64,000 bases of DNA. It comes from Eledone cirrhosa. Its lineage: Eukaryota. Position numbers and translations under genes: made by a program. The stretch is taken from positions 52,266,001 through 52,330,000 of the forward strand of contig OZ024743.1 of assembly GCA_964016885.1 (NCBI GenBank). Direction: 5' to 3'. This document shows positions 1 through 11,713 of the stretch, piece after piece (the first letter of the stretch is position 1; the number at the start of each line of letters is the position of its first letter). The notes under the pieces are model-generated. The model did no database searches and was not told where the DNA came from. It saw only the letters and a program-made list of their open reading frames with translations.

Positions 1-1725
1 AAATGTCATTATGAGAGACTGATGAATGTAGAGAATGAATGGGACAGAGAGGAATTACCCCCAGTAGACCCGACAGAGGGACCAGCTATTGAGATTGACG
101 AATATAGACAATTAAGGAAATGAAGAATGGTAAGACTGCTGGGACATCGGGGATAGTTGCTGAGATGCTGAATGCATCAGGAGAAGTAGGCAATAAACTA
201 GTTGCATGCATCATTAATCAAGCTATATATGGTGGTGTCATATCCAAAGACTGGTGCAGCAGTATTCTCATAAATTGCTACAAAGGAAAAGGGGATGCTC
301 AAGAGAGGAGCAATTATAGAGGTATAAAACTGATGGATCAGGCTATGAAAGTGGCAGAGAGAATATTAGCGCAACTGATTAGAGAAAGGGTCAATTTTGA
401 TGAGATGCAGTTTGGTTTTGTACCTCGGAAAAGTACAACAGATGCCCTCTTCATAGTGAGGCAACTACAAGAGAGGTTCCTAGAGAAGAATAAGCCACTA
501 TACTTAGCTTTTTTGACCTAGAGAAGGCCTTTGATAGGGTCCCCAATCTGTCATCTGGTGGTCCCTAAGGACACTAGGGGTAGAGGAATGGCTTGTGAGG
601 ACAATGCAAGCTATGTACTGGGTGGTGTCAGTAAAGTGAGAATAGGAATGGTGTTTAGTGAGGAATTCCAGATACAAGTAGGTGTATATCGAGGTTCTGT
701 CCTCAGCCCACTCTTGTTCATTATAGTCCTCCAAGCCATAACAGAGGAGTTTAAGACTGGATGCCAATGGGAACTTCTTTATGCTGATGATCTGGTTCTT
801 ATAGCAGAATCAGTAAAGGAGCTAGAGAATAAATTCTGGCTATGGAAACAGCAGTTGGAATCAAGAGGACAGAGTAAACATAGCTAAAACAAAGGCGTTG
901 ATAAGTAGAAGAGAGGACAATACTCTGATTCCATCAGGGAAATGGCAATGTTCGATATGTAGGAAAGGAACTGGCATAAATTCCATAAAATGTATGCAAT
1001 GCAGATCTTGGGTACACAAGAGATGTAGTGGGATAGTAGGCAAACTAACAGGTAGGGAAAACTATGTATGCAGTAGATGTACAGGGAAAGTTGGCAGTAG
1101 TAATCACTGTGATAGACTCATTTTTCCAATGCAGGTGGGTTCTATAAAAGTGGTTGATAGCTTCCGGTACCTAGGTGATCAGATTAGCATGGGAGGGGGG
1201 GGGTCCGAGGCCATAGTATCTAGAATAAGGACGGGTTGGAAGCAGTTTAGGGAGCTGCTCCCTCTGTTGACAAAGAAGGGTTTCTCCCTGTGTACGAAAG
1301 GACGGTTATATGATGCCTGTGTGAGATGCGTGATGCTGCATGGTAGTGAGACATGGGCAGCAACTGCAGAAGATATGCGACGGCTGGAGAGAAATGAAGC
1401 ATAGACGAGTTGAGAAAGAAACTGGGTATAAGAGGGATAAGTTGTGGTGTGCAGGAGAGAAGGCTGAGATGGTATGGACATGTGATGCGCATGGAGGATA
1501 ACCAATGGGAGAAGAAGTGCCAGGAAGTCCCATTGGAAGGAAAACGCAGTAGAGGTCGACTACGACCACGAAAAACATGGGCGGAGATAGTGAGAGCAGA
1601 CCTCAGATCGCTGAAACTCACGGAGGAGATGACAAAGGATCATGATGGGTGGAGAGATGCTGTGCTGAATAGGACCCGCGCCACCCTTGCAAGCAGGGAA
1701 AAGTGGACATATGATGATGATTACT
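1..1725 (+). mobile_element. RTE-clade non-LTR retrotransposon (LINE), 3' part of the RT ORF, decayed by frameshifts and stops; runs off the left edge
   Basis: Consecutive ORF pieces give RT motifs (KGKGD..NYRGIKL, QFGF..RKSTTDALF, G..LSPLLF, LLYADDLVL, FRYLG, LHGSETW, RRLRWYGHVMR, RGR..PRKTW); ends in a (GAT)n tail at ~1712-1721. Confidence 0.93.
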
Positions 1726-1935
1726 AACTGAATACACACATGCTTTTTATCAAAAAATGTTTTTCTGTTTCTTCTCACTCTCTTTCTATTTCATCTTTTA
1801 TTTCTCATTCTATCTTCTGATAAAGTACTAGTGTCCAAAATTATTAAGACTCTTTTCCTACAATATTAAGCATTAAACTAATATATTTCTTCATTGACTG
1901 TGTGTTTGCTTTGTTGTTCCTGTTTACTTTTTGTA

Positions 1936-1987
<52 letters not shown>

Positions 1988-1990
<3 letters not shown>

Positions 1991-2361
1991 TCATCATCAT
2001 CATCATCATCATCGTTTAACGTCCATATTCCACGTTTGCATGGGTTTGGACGGGAGTTTTCCCACTTGAGGCAAGAGTGGTTGTCTTGTTCGCATAGGAT
2101 TGTCTGGCGGGTTTTCTATGGCTGGATGCCCTTCCTAACACCAACCACATTTACAGTGTGGACTGGGAGGTTTTTACCATGTTACCTACACGGCCACATT
2201 ACAGCGTGGACTGTGTGTTTTATTGTCGTGACACCTACACGACCTCATTTGTTTCGGACTGGATGTTGTGGTACCAACATAACTTCACATTTAAGGGGGT
2301 GGTGTGGATGGGGAGGGAGTATTGGGACGGGGTGTATTTTGTTAGAGGTGCCTACTGACTG

Positions 2362-2362
<1 letters not shown>
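1988..2362 (-). mobile_element. 3' UTR fragment of a second RTE LINE family with (GAT)n tail
   Basis: Closely matches the 3' ends of the ORF-bearing copies at 38333-39256 and 49834-50810; flanked by (TA)n. Confidence 0.85.
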
Positions 2363-2398
<36 letters not shown>

Positions 2399-2509
2399 GG
2401 AGAAGGAGCACACGAGTTGGAATATATATATATATGAAAATAGGGAGAAAAAGACGATTATTAGGAAGAAAAATTTTTTTTTTCCTCTTTTACTGTAGCA
2501 AACCCACAT

Positions 2510-2660
2510 GGTGTGCAGTAGCATCAGCATCAGTAGTAGTAGTAAGATTAGTAGTAGTAAGAGTAGTAGTAATAGTAGTAGCAGTAGTATTAGTATTAGT
2601 AGCAGTAGTAGTAGTTGTAGTAGAGGTAGTAGTAGTAGCAGTAGTAGTAGTAGTAGTAAC
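2510..2660. repeat. (GTA)n degenerate microsatellite
   Basis: Direct reading. Confidence 0.9.
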
Positions 2661-3399
2661 AGCCGTTTATTTAACATCAACACAGCTAATCCAGTGATCA
2701 AACTTTTGCTTGTAAAACTATAAAGGTCACCAGCTACAACTACTTCTACTATTACAAATACAGTTTCTAATACTGTCCTACTCCCCTCACCCTGTCTTAC
2801 ATCCTCTCTCATTTGCTAATGTATCTCATCATTACTTCATCAACAAAAGATCATACACACATATTTACATACACACTAGGTCAGCACTAACATTAGACCA
2901 ACTAGGTAGTCGCCTGCCTAGGGTACTGACCTCAGTGAGGTGCATTAATGAACCACAAAAGATCTCAGTTTTATACAAATTTGTATAAATCAATAGAGGG
3001 TAGCAGCAAAAATTTGGTCACTGCCATTACTAATGCCTGTTGATTTCTTTTGTGGCTGTTTATATAACAGATATATTTTATTGGATAGGTCAATAAATCA
3101 CTAAACATCTTTGCAGTGTAGCAACAGTAAGGAAATATTCAAAGTTGTGGAGATGGTTGAATAGTGTTAGGGCCTGTCACATGATTTGGCATGGGTGAGT
3201 GTGGATTGTGTAGTGGAATTGCAGACAGTCATTTTATTAGTGTGGTCAGTGTAAGAAGTGTCAAAAAATATGCGATGGTTTCCACGAACAATTATTAGTT
3301 AAGGTCTAAGGAAAATTCTGCAAATAACCGGGACTGCGAAGGTCGGGGCTACACTGTATTTGGCATATTTACATGTCTATATACTCAAAGTGGAGCCAG

Positions 3400-3630
3400 G
3401 TGGCTGAGTTGCTTAGAGAATTGGATTCATAATCGTGAGGTTGTGATTTCAATTCCCAGACCGGACGGTGCGTTATGTCCTTGAGCAAGACACTTTATTT
3501 CAAGTTGTTCCTTCTGGTTGGATTTGCAGCCGGCAGATAGTATTAGCAATTTCCTGGTTCGATCGGACAAGGCCCCCCCCCCACCCATTCATTAAGCTAA
3601 TGAGGTCTAGGATCTTGTGGATTGACTATA
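3400..3630 (+). mobile_element. tRNA-derived SINE, CORE-like family
   Basis: A-box-like tggctgagtt, B-box-like gatttcaattccc, then CORE-like gtccttgagcaagacactt; related copies at ~47950-48163 (-) and ~52990-53190 (+). Confidence 0.75.
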
Positions 3631-3731
3631 TATATACTCCATGTGTAAATGTATATACATACACATTGTTGGTTACCTCTATACTGTATGTATATATATA
3701 TATATATATATACATTGTTGGTTACCTCTAT

Positions 3732-4140
3732 ATCATCATCGTTTTACATCTGTTCTTCCACGCTAGCATGAGTTAGACAGGTTGTCCTGTTGTGGGCAGT
3801 GTCCAGTCGGCTGACCTTGTCCTGTTCATACGGGAACTGATTCTGGCTTGATTTCTACAGCTGGATGCCCTTCCTAACACCAACCTCATTTACTGGATAG
3901 TGGGAGGGTGTGGGGGGCATATTGTCTGTATGCTTCAGCTTTGGCTTGTACCCGTGGGGGGGGGGGGTCTTCTGTTTTACTGCGTGACGCCAAGGTCACG
4001 TGTCATCGCCCTTGAGAGGTGCAATTGGGTAAGGTTGGCTTTTATCACCTCCTCCCACGTCTTCTTGGGTCTCCCCACTCCGCGGTTTCCATCGACTTCT
4101 AGTGCTCTGCACCTTTTTATCCAGCTGTCATCCTTCATAT
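3732..4140 (-). mobile_element. RTE LINE 3' fragment (diverged family)
   Basis: Minus-strand ORF MKDDSWIKRCRALEVDGNRGVGRPKKTWEE; (CAT)n tail at the left end. Confidence 0.8.
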
Positions 4141-4253
4141 ATATACACAGATATAAATTTATTGTATAGTTTGGCTGCTTACTGCACAACTTAATACATA
4201 TCAACATGAACCATAATAATATGCAAATTAGTACGTCTAGTGTGTGTATATAT

Positions 4254-4440
4254 AATTGTTTCTACTTTTTGGCACAAGGCCAGCAATTACCCAGTGCATT
4301 ACTGGTACTTTATTTTATCGATCCCGTAAGGATGAAAGGCAAAGTTAACCTCGGCGGGATTTGAACTCAGAATGGCAAGGGCCGTAACTCTATGCGTCAA
4401 AGCATGGCGTCCGACCCTCTAGCGATACTGCCAATCCACC
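4254..4440 (-). mobile_element. tRNA-derived SINE family A
   Basis: Head ggtggattggcagtatc, B-box gagttcaaatcccg, central gcctttcatccttacgggatcgataaaataaagtaccag (Meta-domain-like, from memory); many copies in the window. Confidence 0.85.
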
Positions 4441-4642
4441 GATAACATGTACAAGTATGAGAGTGTATGTGTGTGAATGTGTGTGTATGTGTGCATGGCA
4501 GTGAGTGTGTATGGCAGAGGGTGTGTAGTAATGTGTATATATATGGTAGTGCATGTATGTACAGCACCAAGTGTGTGTGGGTATGTATGTATATGTATGT
4601 ATGCTGCAAGAGTAAACAGTTCGAACCTGTCACCCTGTATTG

Positions 4643-4940
4643 TAGTGGTCCAGGTGGAACACCGGTGGTCCACATAGCATTTCTAGTGGTCCAGGTGGAA
4701 CACCGGTGGTCCACATAGCATTTCTAGTGGTCCAGGTGGAACACCGGTGGTCCACATAGCATTTCTAGTGGTCCAGGTGGAACACCGGTGGTCCACATAG
4801 CATTTCTAGTGGTCCAGGTGGAACACCGGTGGTCCACATAGCATTTCTAGTGGTCCAGGTGGAACACCGGTGGTCCACATAGCATTTCTAGTGGTCCAGG
4901 TGGAACACCGGTGGTCCACATAGCATTTCTAGCGGTCCAC
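4643..4940. repeat. 41-bp tandem repeat, 7 full units plus a partial
   Basis: Unit tagtggtccaggtggaacaccggtggtccacatagcatttc. Confidence 0.95.
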
Positions 4941-5185
4941 AGAGAATACGTAGCCATAAAAAAATTGTAGCCATTTCACAAAAATGTAACTAATATAATA
5001 TTTTGTTTAATTACACACATGTCCATTATATTTGAAAATTTCGAGTTCACAGGTCTGATACTATGGGCATGTGGTTAGAATGTCTCTAGCAGTTCTATTA
5101 CAAAAGATTTAAAAGTTTAGGTGGTCCACAGGAAAAAATTACTTATTTTGGTGGTCAACAGCGAAAAAAAGGTTGAGAACCCCTG
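4643..5185. mobile_element. Remnant of a non-autonomous hAT/Charlie-like DNA transposon
   Basis: Right end ggttgagaacccctg is the reverse complement of CAGGGGTTCTCAACC, a Charlie-type TIR; recurring gtggtccac subterminal motifs; no matching left TIR found. Confidence 0.5.
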
Positions 5186-5188
5186 TTG

Positions 5189-5289
<101 letters not shown>

Positions 5290-5348
5290 AGCAGTGTCTG
5301 TGTATGAGTTTATGGAAGTGTACATGCATGTATGTGTACAGCAACACA

Positions 5349-5396
<48 letters not shown>

Positions 5397-5634
5397 CATA
5401 CATATATATATATACATAGACACACAGGTATATATGTAATATATATATTCCTAGTAGACAACTGATGACGGATACTCTCCTCTTTCGACCGTAACTTTTA
5501 TTTTTCATATAACATAGTTTCCATTTATTTAATATCATTGAATATTATACTCCAGAAATTCTGTCGAGTGCTCTGAATCAGTTATAAACATTTATATTTG
5601 TTGAATTACCAACAAATTAAATATCCCTTCTGCT

Positions 5635-5669
<35 letters not shown>

Positions 5670-5799
5670 GTGTATATATATATACATATATATATATATA
5701 TAATTATATATATATATGCTGTAGACAACCAGTAACCCAGTACTGTAGTGTGTGTGTGTGTGTGTATGGCAGTATGTATGCGTTTATAGCAGTGTGTGT

Positions 5800-6640
5800 A
5801 TGTATATAACAACACATCTATGTATGTGGTAGTGTGTGTACAACACATCTATGTATGTGGTAGTGTGTATACAACACATCTATGTATGTGGTAGTGTGTG
5901 TACAACACATCTATGTATGTGGTAGTGTGTGTACAACACATCTATGTATGTGGCAGTGTGTGTACAACACATCTATGTATGTGGCAGTGTGTGTACAACA
6001 CATCTATGTATGTGGTAGTGTGTGTACAACACATCTATGTATGTGGTAGTGTGTGTACAACACATCTATGTATGTGGTAGTGTGTGTGTGTACAACACAT
6101 CTATGTATGTGGTAGTGTGTGTGTGTACAACAACACATCTATGTATGTGGTAGTGTGTGTGTGTACAACACATCTATGTATGTGGTAGTGTGTGTGTACA
6201 ACACATCTATGTATGTGGTAGTGTGTGTGTGTACAACACATCTATGTATGTGGTAGTGTGTGTGTACAACACATCTATGTATGTGGTAGTGTGTGTACAA
6301 CAACACATCTATGTATGTGGTAGTGTGTGTGTGTACAACAACACATCTATGTATGTGGTAGTGTGTGTGTGTACAACACATCTATGTATGTGGTAGTGTG
6401 TGTGTACAACACATCTATGTATGTGGTAGTGTGTGTGTACAACAACACATCTATGTATGTGGTAGTGTGTGTGTGTACAACACATCTATGTATGTGGTAG
6501 TGTGTGTGTGTACAACACATCTATGTATGTGGTAGTGTGTGTGTGTACAACACATCTATGTATGTGGTAGTGTGTGTACAACAACACATCTATGTATGTG
6601 GTAGTGTGTGTGTGTACAACACATCTATGTATGTGGCAGC
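5800..6640. repeat. ~29-38-bp variable minisatellite (tacaacacatctatgtatgtggtag(tg)n)
   Basis: Direct reading; unit length varies with an embedded (TG)n. Confidence 0.95.
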
Positions 6641-6749
6641 AGCAGACAATTTGAACCAGTCACCTTGTAATCTATTAATTAGAACACATCAACCAATGAA
6701 TAATGGTAGTTCTTTTTTATCTTACATCATCAGTTTCGCAACCTACAAT

Positions 6750-7092
6750 GGTATGATATTGGTAGTGCTGGTAATGGCTGTTATTGTTGTGGTGGTGATG
6801 GTTGTTGTTGTGGTAGTGGTGGTGGTGATGGTTGTTGTTGTGGTAGTGGTGGTGGTGATGGTTGTTGTTGTGGTAGTAGTGGTGATGGTTGTTGTGGTGG
6901 TAATGGTGGTGGTGATGGTTATTGTTGCGGTAGTGGTGGTGGTGGTGGTGGTTCTTGTGGTAATGGTGGTGCTGGTTGTTGTGGTGGTAGTGGTGGTAAT
7001 GGTTGTTGTTGTGGTGGTGGGTGGTGGTGATGGTGGTTGTTGTTGGTGTTGTGGTGTTGGTGGTGATGGGTGTTGTTGGTGATGATGGTGAC
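6750..7092. repeat. (GGT/GTT)n degenerate trinucleotide repeat
   Basis: Direct reading. Confidence 0.9.
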
Positions 7093-7244
7093 TACAGGAA
7101 TATAATGGGCAGGGAATGAAATCCGGAGAAGTGATATTTTGGTGAGCAAGGACTGTGTGTAGAGATTAATGGAGGCCTTGAGGTGGTGGACACAACTTGG
7201 GTAGCATGAGGAGGAAGGGAGATGACAAAGTCAGGAATGCCTGA

Positions 7245-9588
7245 GTGGAGGTGGTACAAAACCATCCATGGTAGTAGTAGAGGTGGTACAAATCTAGCCA
7301 GGTTTGTAGTGACCATTATAGTAGTAGTGGTGGTACAAATCTAGCCAGGTTTGTAGTGAACATTGTAGTAGTAGAGGTGGTACAAAACCAGACAGGTTTG
7401 TAGTGACCATTGTAGTAGTAGAGGTGGTACAAAACCAGCCAGGTTTGTAGTGACCATTATAGTAGTAGAGGTGGTACAAATCTAGCCAGGTTTGTAGTGA
7501 CCATTATAGTAGTAGAGGTGGTACAAAACCAGCCAGGTTTGTAGTGACCATTGTAGTAGTAGAGGTGGTACAAAACCAGCCAGGTTTGTAGTGACCATTA
7601 TAGTAGTAGAGGTGGTACAAAACCAGACAGGTTTGTAGTGACCATTGTAGTAGTAGAGGTGGTACAAAACCAGCCAGGTTTGTAGTGAACATTGTAGTAG
7701 TAGAGGTGGTACAAAACCAGCCAGGTTTGTAGTGAACATTGTAGTAGTAGAGGTGGTACAAAACCAGACAGGTTTGTAGTGAACATTGTAGTAGTAGAGG
7801 TGGTACAAAACCAGACAGGTTTGTAGTGACCATTATAGTAGTAGAGGTGGTACAAAACCAGACAGGTTTGTAGTGAACATTGTAGTAGTAGAGGTGGTAC
7901 AAAACCAGCCAGGTTTGTAGTGAACATTGTAGTAGTAGAGGTGGTACAAAACCAGCCAGGTTTGTAGTGAACATTGTAGTAGTAGAGGTGGTACAAAACC
8001 AGCCAGGTTTGTAGTGACCATTGTAGTAGTAGAGGTGGTACAAAACCAGCCAGGTTTGTAGTGAACATTGTAGTAGTAGAGGTGGTACAAAACCAACCAG
8101 GTTTGTAGTGAACATTGTAGTAGTAGAGGTGGTACAAAACCAGACAGGTTTGTAGTGACCATTATAGTAGTAGAGGTGGTACAAAACCAGACAGGTTTGT
8201 AGTGACCATTGTAGTAGTAGAGGTGGTACAAAACCAGCCAGGTTTGTAGTGAACATTGTAGTAGTAGAGGTGGTACAAAACCAGCCAGGTTTGTAGTGAA
8301 CATTGTAGTAGTAGAGGTGGTACAAAACCAGCCAGGTTTGTAGTGAACATTGTAGTAGTAGAGGTGGTACAAAACCAGACAGGTTTGTAGTGAACATTGT
8401 AGTAGTAGAGGTGGTACAAAACCAGACAGGTTTGTAGTGACCATTATAGTAGTAGAGGTGGTACAAAACCAGACAGGTTTGTAGTGACCATTGTAGTAGT
8501 AGAGGTGGTACAAAACCAGCCAGGTTTGTAGTGAACATTGTAGTAGTAGAGGTGGTACAAAACCAGCCAGGTTTGTAGTGAACATTGTAGTAGTAGAGGT
8601 GGTACAAAACCAGCCAGGTTTGTAGTGAACATTGTAGTAGTAGAGGTGGTACAAAACCAGACAGGTTTGTAGTGAACATTGTAGTAGTAGAGGTGGTACA
8701 AAACCAGACAGGTTTGTAGTGACCATTATAGTAGTAGAGGTGGTACAAAACCAGACAGGTTTGTAGTGACCATTGTAGTAGTAGAGGTGGTACAAAACCA
8801 GCCAGGTTTGTAGTGAACATTGTAGTAGTAGAGGTGGTACAAAACCAGCCAGGTTTGTAGTGAACATTGTAGTAGTAGAGGTGGTACAAAACCAGCCAGG
8901 TTTGTAGTGAACATTGTAGTAGTAGAGGTGGTACAAAACCAGCCAGGTTTGTAGTGAACATTGTAGTAGTAGAGGTGGTACAAAACCAGACAGGTTTGTA
9001 GTGAACATTGTAGTAGTAGAGGTGGTACAAAACCAGACAGGTTTGTAGTGACCATTATAGTAGTAGAGGTGGTACAAAACCAGACAGGTTTGTAGTGACC
9101 ATTGTAGTAGTAGAGGTGGTACAAAACCAGCCAGGTTTGTAGTGAACATTGTAGTAGTAGAGGTGGTACAAAACCAGCCAGGTTTGTAGTGAACATTGTA
9201 GTAGTAGAGGTGGTACAAAACCAGCCAGGTTTGTAGTGAACATTGTAGTAGTAGAGGTGGTACAAAACCAGACAGGTTTGTAGTGAACATTGTAGTAGTA
9301 GAGGTGGTACAAAACCAGACAGGTTTGTAGTGACCATTATAGTAGTAGAGGTGGTACAAAACCAGACAGGTTTGTAGTGACCATTGTAGTAGTAGAGGTG
9401 GTACAAAACCAGCCAGGTTTGTAGTGAACATTGTAGTAGTAGAGGTGGTACAAAACCAGCCAGGTTTGTAGTGAACATTGTAGTAGTAGAGGTGGTACAA
9501 AACCAGCCAGGTTTGTAGTGACCATTGTAGTAGTAGAGGTGGTACAAAACCAGCCAGGTTTGTAGAGTAGAGACCATTGTAGTAGTGA
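7245..9588. repeat. 47-bp minisatellite array, ~50 units, with higher-order periodicity
   Basis: Unit tagtagtagaggtggtacaaaaccag(c/a)caggtttgtagtga(a/c)catt(g/a). Confidence 0.97.
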
Positions 9589-10596
9589 TGGGAAAGCAGA
9601 AAGAGGAGACAATATATCTGTAGGGTGAAGGACTGAAGACTTTGGAGTGTGATCTAGGATGTGTGTGTAGCAGTGGACACACGTACATCTGAGTGCTTGA
9701 GATCCTCGGTTCAATACCATTGTGTGGCCTTGGATTGACCCAAGCCTTGTGAATGAAATTGCAGCAGATGGAAACTGTGTGGAAGCCTATCAGATGAACT
9801 GTATTTGTAATTTAAATGTCCAAGCATGTTAAACATTAGGTCACACTGGCTCTGCCTGAGAATTATGTGGAATATTAAACTTCTTATATCTTAATTCATG
9901 AATCAAGCATTCACTATACTCATTTTCAAAAGTGATAGAGGATCCATCATCATTTGTAATAGCATCAGCACCAACCCAGATGTAGGAGCAGTCTATCCAT
10001 TCATGGACCCTAATGGAGTATTAGGAGTGCCATCATAACATACATCTTAGGTATTTAAACCTGGCATAGCTGATTTCTTCCAGAAAAATATATGGAGAAC
10101 AAGGGAGAAAGTAAAAAAGAGAGATAGATGAAGGATCAACCCAGCACTGCACTGGTACTATATTTACTGAGTTTGAAAAGATGAAAGGTAGGATTTGAAC
10201 TCAGAGCACAGAAAAATGGAATGAATACTGCAAAGGATTCTGTCTGATTTTCTAACAACTCTGCCAATTTGCCATCTTAAGGAAGCAGTATGCTGTTGTA
10301 AATATTTTACAAGTAACATTCATATGATAACATTCATATAATTCCATCTAGAATTTCATTAAAGATTCTTCAGTTAACCCCCAATTTCTGCACGATTCCA
10401 TATCACTTTCATTAAAACCCTGCTATATCTTTCATCTCTATTTTTAGATGATTCACTGAATAAAAATGAAGACTAAAATAAATTAAAAAGACATGAAAAC
10501 TTTGTGAATATTTTGAAAAATACATTAACCCTTTTGATACCAAAGTTCTTGTTCTATGATAAAACCCCAGTTATTTTAAAGAATTATTATATAGAG

Positions 10597-10786
10597 CAGT
10601 GGATTGGCAGTATCAGTAGAGGGTCGGACGCCATGCTTTGCAGCAAAGAGTTAAGGCCCTTTATGGTCTGAGTTCAAATCCCGCCGAGGTTAACTTTGCC
10701 TTTCATCCTTACGAGGTCGATAAAATAAGGCACCAGTAATGTACTGGGATAATTGCTGGTTTTGTGCCAAAAATAGAAACAATTAT
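10597..10786 (+). mobile_element. SINE family A
   Basis: Full-length match to the 4254-4440 family. Confidence 0.85.
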
Positions 10787-11273
10787 AAATTAAATCTTCC
10801 AAGATAATTTGATATAAGAATATGTTAAGTTACTATCTTAGTAATGAAATAATTGATCATTTTAGTAAATACCACATTTTAGTAAATACCACATTTTAGT
10901 AAATACCACAAAATTATTGACAAACTATTTTTTCCAGCCTGCAGCGTTCAAAACGTTTGGCAGAGCTGGGCTGCTGACAACATTGTTCTTGTCATCATTG
11001 GCGACTCACCTTACCAAGGTATCAGGTGATGCCTGTGAGGGTGCTTGGTTGTCCAGTACCCAAGTCTCACTATCACCTGCGATAATGCTGCCAGTGTGTT
11101 GGCTTGCTTCAAAAGGTAGTAGGGAGAGGCTGCCAAATTTACTTCTATTAGTATTTATTTGATATACAAAATAATTATAAAGTTTCTCAGGAAATACATA
11201 TCTATAATGTGGTTAATTTCCTTGGATGAACCATCACCCACCTCAAAAAAATTCCTTTTATTATTAACCCTTT

Positions 11274-11488
11274 GGTGGATTGGCAGTATCGGTAGAACGT
11301 CAAACAATATGCTTTGTGGCATATAGTTATGGCCCTTCACGTTCACAGTTCAAACCCAGCTGATGTTAGCTTTCATCCTTACAGGGTTGATAAAATAAAG
11401 CACCTGTAATGCACTGGGGTCGATTTAATTGATTTTCCCTTCCCTAAAAAACATCTTTGGCCTTGTACCTAAATCAGAAACCATTATT
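11274..11488 (+). mobile_element. SINE family A (longer variant)
   Basis: ggtggattggcagtatcggtag head, cagttcaaaccc B-box, central domain present. Confidence 0.75.
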
Positions 11489-11713
11489 AACCCCTTTGGT
11501 ACAAATCTGGTCAAAACTGACTCTGGGTCTATGAAATAAAACCACCTATTTTAAAGGGTTGCTATTTAAATTAAAATTTTTCAACATAATTCTATATAAG
11601 AATCATGTTATCTTAGTAATGATATAGTTGATAATTTTAGTAGATCTCACAAAATTCTCCTTTTAATTGAAATAGAGAGTATTTCATTAGAAATGTGGCC
11701 ACAAATGGGTTAA
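11487..11713. mobile_element. TTAA-flanked MITE (piggyBac-like), family 2
   Basis: Ends ttaacccctttgg ... caaatgggttaa; related pieces at ~10526, ~13823-14060, ~32710-32965, ~63150-63506. Confidence 0.55.

Noticed and set aside
3117-3195. Possible + strand exon (tgcag ... GG|gtgagt)
   Set aside because: Weak polypyrimidine tract, unrecognisable peptide and no partner exons
7245-9588. CRISPR-like array (also considered for 4643-4940 and 60803-62680)
   Set aside because: Units are head-to-tail with no unique spacers, there are no cas genes, and the context is eukaryotic
7294-9720. Long minus-strand ORFs (up to 555 aa)
   Set aside because: Read-through of a 47-bp tandem repeat cycling through all three frames
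10597-10690. tRNA gene
   Set aside because: The A/B boxes belong to the head of a multi-copy SINE; there is no complete cloverleaf
10965-10980. GGC TGC TGA as a selenoprotein GCU(G) terminus
   Set aside because: It is not followed by Gly-stop and I could not identify a SECIS element
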